From NCBI GenBank assembly GCA_002343265.1, contig DDSC01000005.1, forward strand, positions 40,596 through 104,595: 64,000 nucleotides of DNA, written 5' to 3'. The stretch is from Micavibrio sp. UBA2400 (GTDB taxonomy: Bacteria; Pseudomonadota; Alphaproteobacteria; UBA2400). The notes under the pieces were generated by a model that was not told the origin of the DNA, made no database searches, and saw only the letters and a program-made list of their open reading frames with translations. The position numbers and the translations under genes are program-made. Below, in pieces: positions 61,443 to 64,000 of this stretch; positions within the stretch are counted from its first letter, which is position 1; each line of letters begins with the position of its first letter.

Positions 61443-62381
61443 GTGAGTCACAGACAAAAAATCCTGGTCATCAAACTTGGCGCGTTTGGTGATGTACTGC
61501 AAGCCGATGGCGCCCTGCGGGATCTGCGTGCGGCCCACCCGCACGATCACCTGACGGTGCTGACCACGCCGCCATTTCGCAAGATTTTTGAGCGGGCGCC
61601 CTATGTGGATGCCGTGCTCACCGAGCCGCGTGCGCCGCGCTGGCGGCTCGACAAAATGCTGGCCCTGCGCCATCAGCTGCGCGCGCAGTCCTTTGATCGT
61701 GTGTATGATCTGCAGAACTCATCCCGCACCGGTTTTTACTGGCGCTGGTTTTTACGCGAGGTCTGGTGGTCCGGCGCGGTGCCCGGGTGCGCAGCCTGCT
61801 ATAACCCACCCAACCGCAAGCAGATTCCCGCTCTTGAGCGGCTTGCCGTGCAATTGCAAGCCGCCGGTATCGCGCCTACGCAGACGCGTCAGCCGGATCT
61901 GGGGTGGATGGCAGATGATGTCCGTGCAGATTTGGCGGCTGCGGGAATCACACGTGACTATATCGTGCTCATTCCCGGCTGCTCGGCTCGCCATCCGCAC
62001 AAGCGCTGGCCCTATTATCGCGAATTGGCCGAGCGGTTGATTGAGCAAGGCGTAGCCGTTGTCACGGTGCCGGGTCCGGATGAGCTGGCAACGGCGCACG
62101 AGATCCCCGGTGTTGTGTTGACAGGTAAAAACGCCTTTATGAACTGGTTTGAACTGGCGGGTGTACTGAAAGGCGCGCGGTTCGTGGTTGGCAATGACAC
62201 CGGCCCCAGTCATCTGGCGGCGCATCTGGGCGTACCCGGTCTGGCCCTGTTTGGTCCCCACACCAGCGCGGCCCGCACCAGTATTGAACGCGAGCGGTTC
62301 AAAGCGTTGGAAGTGCCGGACTTGGCGGCGCTAACCGTTGACCGGGTGCTCGAAGAGCTGCAGGTGCAGGGGGCCGCGTAA
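61443..62381 (+). CDS. glycosyltransferase family 9 (LPS heptosyltransferase-like)
   Basis: ILVIKLGAFGD, YDLQNS, KRWP, VGNDTGPSHLAA. Confidence 0.92.
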   Translation: MSHRQKILVIKLGAFGDVLQADGALRDLRAAHPHDHLTVLTTPPFRKIFERAPYVDAVLTEPRAPRWRLDKMLALRHQLRAQSFDRVYDLQNSSRTGFYWRWFLREVWWSGAVPGCAACYNPPNRKQIPALERLAVQLQAAGIAPTQTRQPDLGWMADDVRADLAAAGITRDYIVLIPGCSARHPHKRWPYYRELAERLIEQGVAVVTVPGPDELATAHEIPGVVLTGKNAFMNWFELAGVLKGARFVVGNDTGPSHLAAHLGVPGLALFGPHTSAARTSIERERFKALEVPDLAALTVDRVLEELQVQGAA

Positions 62382-62448
62382 TCATTAAGACATTGCTTTA
62401 ACCACGATGGTTATTGATTTTAACCATACGCCTTTGCTACAAAAAACC

Positions 62449-63759
62449 ATGACAATTTCAAATCTCATTGCCGCCCATCGCCTCACTACGCTTGCGGGTC
62501 AGGCGTCGCTCTCCCTGTCTGATCAGGTCGACATGATGACACTTGTAGCCGATCACGCCACCCAGATGGCCAGAGGCTATCATCGGCAGCGCGCCCAAAT
62601 CGAGGTAGCCAAGGCAGAGAACGAGCAGAAGCTGCGGCTTCAGGTGCAGGAGCTGGCTCCTCAGCTCAGTTTATGGGCCGCGCTGGAGCTGGTGAATCAT
62701 GTGCGGGTGCAGGAGGGGCCAAACGCCGAGCTGAACGAGCTGCAACGCCAGCTTGCAGCCCAGAAGCGCTTGGGGCAGGCGCGCCAGCAGATCCCTGATA
62801 TCGATGAGCAGGCGCAGGAGCAGGCCCAAGCGCGAGCACACTTGGCGGAGCTCACTGCGCAAGCCCAGCAGCATGACACCGCCCTGCACCGGCGCTTCTC
62901 GGGCAGCGCGGCTGAAGCCCTCTTCCGCGCCTTTCCGGTCGAGTTCATGCGCAATGCCGAGCGCCGCAAGCCTTATTCGCCCGGTCTTGGCGCGCATCTC
63001 TTCCATAAACTGATGCCTAGCCGCCTCCAGCAGCCATTTCAGCTTGAGTATGACCGCCAGCGCAATGGCAGCCCAACCTTTAACGGTGAAGTGCTCGAGT
63101 ATGCCGCTGGCCTCAAGGCATCGCAGGCGCTCCACCAGCAGATTGCAGACCTGACGACCCGTACTACCGCCGCCGACCCGCTGTTGGATACTTACGCGCA
63201 GGATCTGACGGTGGCCCGCCCGGTGGATCAACTCCTGCCGCAGTTAACCCGGCTTATGATGAGTTATCCGGTATCGGCGGCCCGGGCTGCCGAGGTTATG
63301 GGCTATCAAAGCGAGGCACAGTCCTTTCTGGCGCGCGCGGCCGAGGCGGATTACCTCACCACAGCCGATGCGCTTGCGCGCGATCGCATCGAAGCCTATG
63401 GCAAACCCGGAAAAATCAGGCAGCTGTTGGATCGTCTGCACCGGGCCGGAGATCAGACGCCGCTGGTCCGCCCTGCGCCGCGCGATGCCCAGCTGGTCAA
63501 GCTCTGGATGGATGAGCAGAGTGCCGCGCTCGCGCAGTTTCAGGTGCGCGTGGCACGGCACGCCCCGCTTGGCCCAGAGCCGGTAGCCTATCTTGGTGAT
63601 CTGCGGGAGGTAACGGCAGGGGGCAGTCTTGCTGCTACCAAAGACAGCCTGTTCGGTCCGCTGTTGCAGCGGGTGGGTGGGGTCGAGCGAGTGCATGAAC
63701 ACACCATGAGCCACGGTCATTGGCGAGATCGCGATCGCGGTATGGAGCTCTCCCGCTAA
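62449..63759 (+). CDS. hypothetical coiled-coil protein
   Basis: long Q/A/E-rich helical ORF; alternative start at 62407; ends RDRDRGMELSR. Confidence 0.7.
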   Translation: MTISNLIAAHRLTTLAGQASLSLSDQVDMMTLVADHATQMARGYHRQRAQIEVAKAENEQKLRLQVQELAPQLSLWAALELVNHVRVQEGPNAELNELQRQLAAQKRLGQARQQIPDIDEQAQEQAQARAHLAELTAQAQQHDTALHRRFSGSAAEALFRAFPVEFMRNAERRKPYSPGLGAHLFHKLMPSRLQQPFQLEYDRQRNGSPTFNGEVLEYAAGLKASQALHQQIADLTTRTTAADPLLDTYAQDLTVARPVDQLLPQLTRLMMSYPVSAARAAEVMGYQSEAQSFLARAAEADYLTTADALARDRIEAYGKPGKIRQLLDRLHRAGDQTPLVRPAPRDAQLVKLWMDEQSAALAQFQVRVARHAPLGPEPVAYLGDLREVTAGGSLAATKDSLFGPLLQRVGGVERVHEHTMSHGHWRDRDRGMELSR

Positions 63760-63768
63760 GCAAAAAGC

Positions 63769-63796
63769 TTGACTTAATCCCGGAATTCTCTAGGCT
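63769..63796 (+). promoter_or_regulatory. sigma70 promoter of thrS
   Basis: TTGACT-N16-TAGGCT. Confidence 0.5.
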
Positions 63797-63825
63797 TTTC
63801 AGGTCTTTTCTGAAAGGTCTGTTCC

Positions 63826-64000
63826 GTGTCCCAAGCGCAAGCCGTTGCTCATCACATCGCCCTCACGCTGCCCGATGGCAAGGTCAAGAAGTTTGACACC
63901 ACCCCCACCGGGGCAGATCTGGCGGCGGCAATTGGCCCCAGTCTGGCCAAAGCGGCAGTGGCAGTTAGGGTCGATGGCGAGTACCGGGATCTGCTGCGCC
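63826..64000 (+). CDS. thrS: threonine--tRNA ligase, N-terminal TGS domain (runs off the window)
   Basis: GTG start; IALTLPDGKVKKF...TGADLAAAIGPSLAKAAVAVRVDG. Confidence 0.88.
   Translation, partial: MSQAQAVAHHIALTLPDGKVKKFDTTPTGADLAAAIGPSLAKAAVAVRVDGEYRDLLR

Noticed and set aside
1-64000. CRISPR arrays, tRNA/rRNA genes, IS elements or prophage
   Set aside because: Intergenic gaps are short. By eye I found no spaced direct repeats, cloverleaf/T-loop signatures, transposase or phage structural genes.

Overview
A GC-rich alphaproteobacterial chromosome segment. The backbone is conserved housekeeping synteny: miaB-phoH-ybeY-corC-lnt-XRE-metK-trmB; ubiM; rimP-nusA-ylxR-infB-rbfA-truB-rpsO-pnp; hemW-rdgB-rph divergent from hrcA-grpE-dnaK-dnaJ; znuABC with a perfect Zur box; ogt, nth, bactofilin, pfkB, zupT, acnA, hbd, a GT9 gene, and the start of thrS. 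I saw no rRNA, tRNA, CRISPR array, transposase, integrase or reverse transcriptase. Two features stand out. First, there are scattered type IV pilus genes: a low-GC PilS-like pilin, and two tandem, translationally coupled ~760-aa adhesins. Each adhesin joins a prepilin leader and an R64 shufflon PilV-like N-domain to YadA/tail-fibre-like repeats and a DUF1554/endostatin-like C-domain. No recombinase is nearby, so this is a candidate multi-specificity cell-recognition pilus. Second, about 15 unassignable or accessory genes sit singly or as diverged tandem pairs inside normally tight operons. Several have their own apparently leaderless sigma70 promoters and Pro/Arg-rich C-terminal tails, one resembling a VirD4-type T4SS signal. 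All family calls come from recognising motifs by eye, not from database searches.
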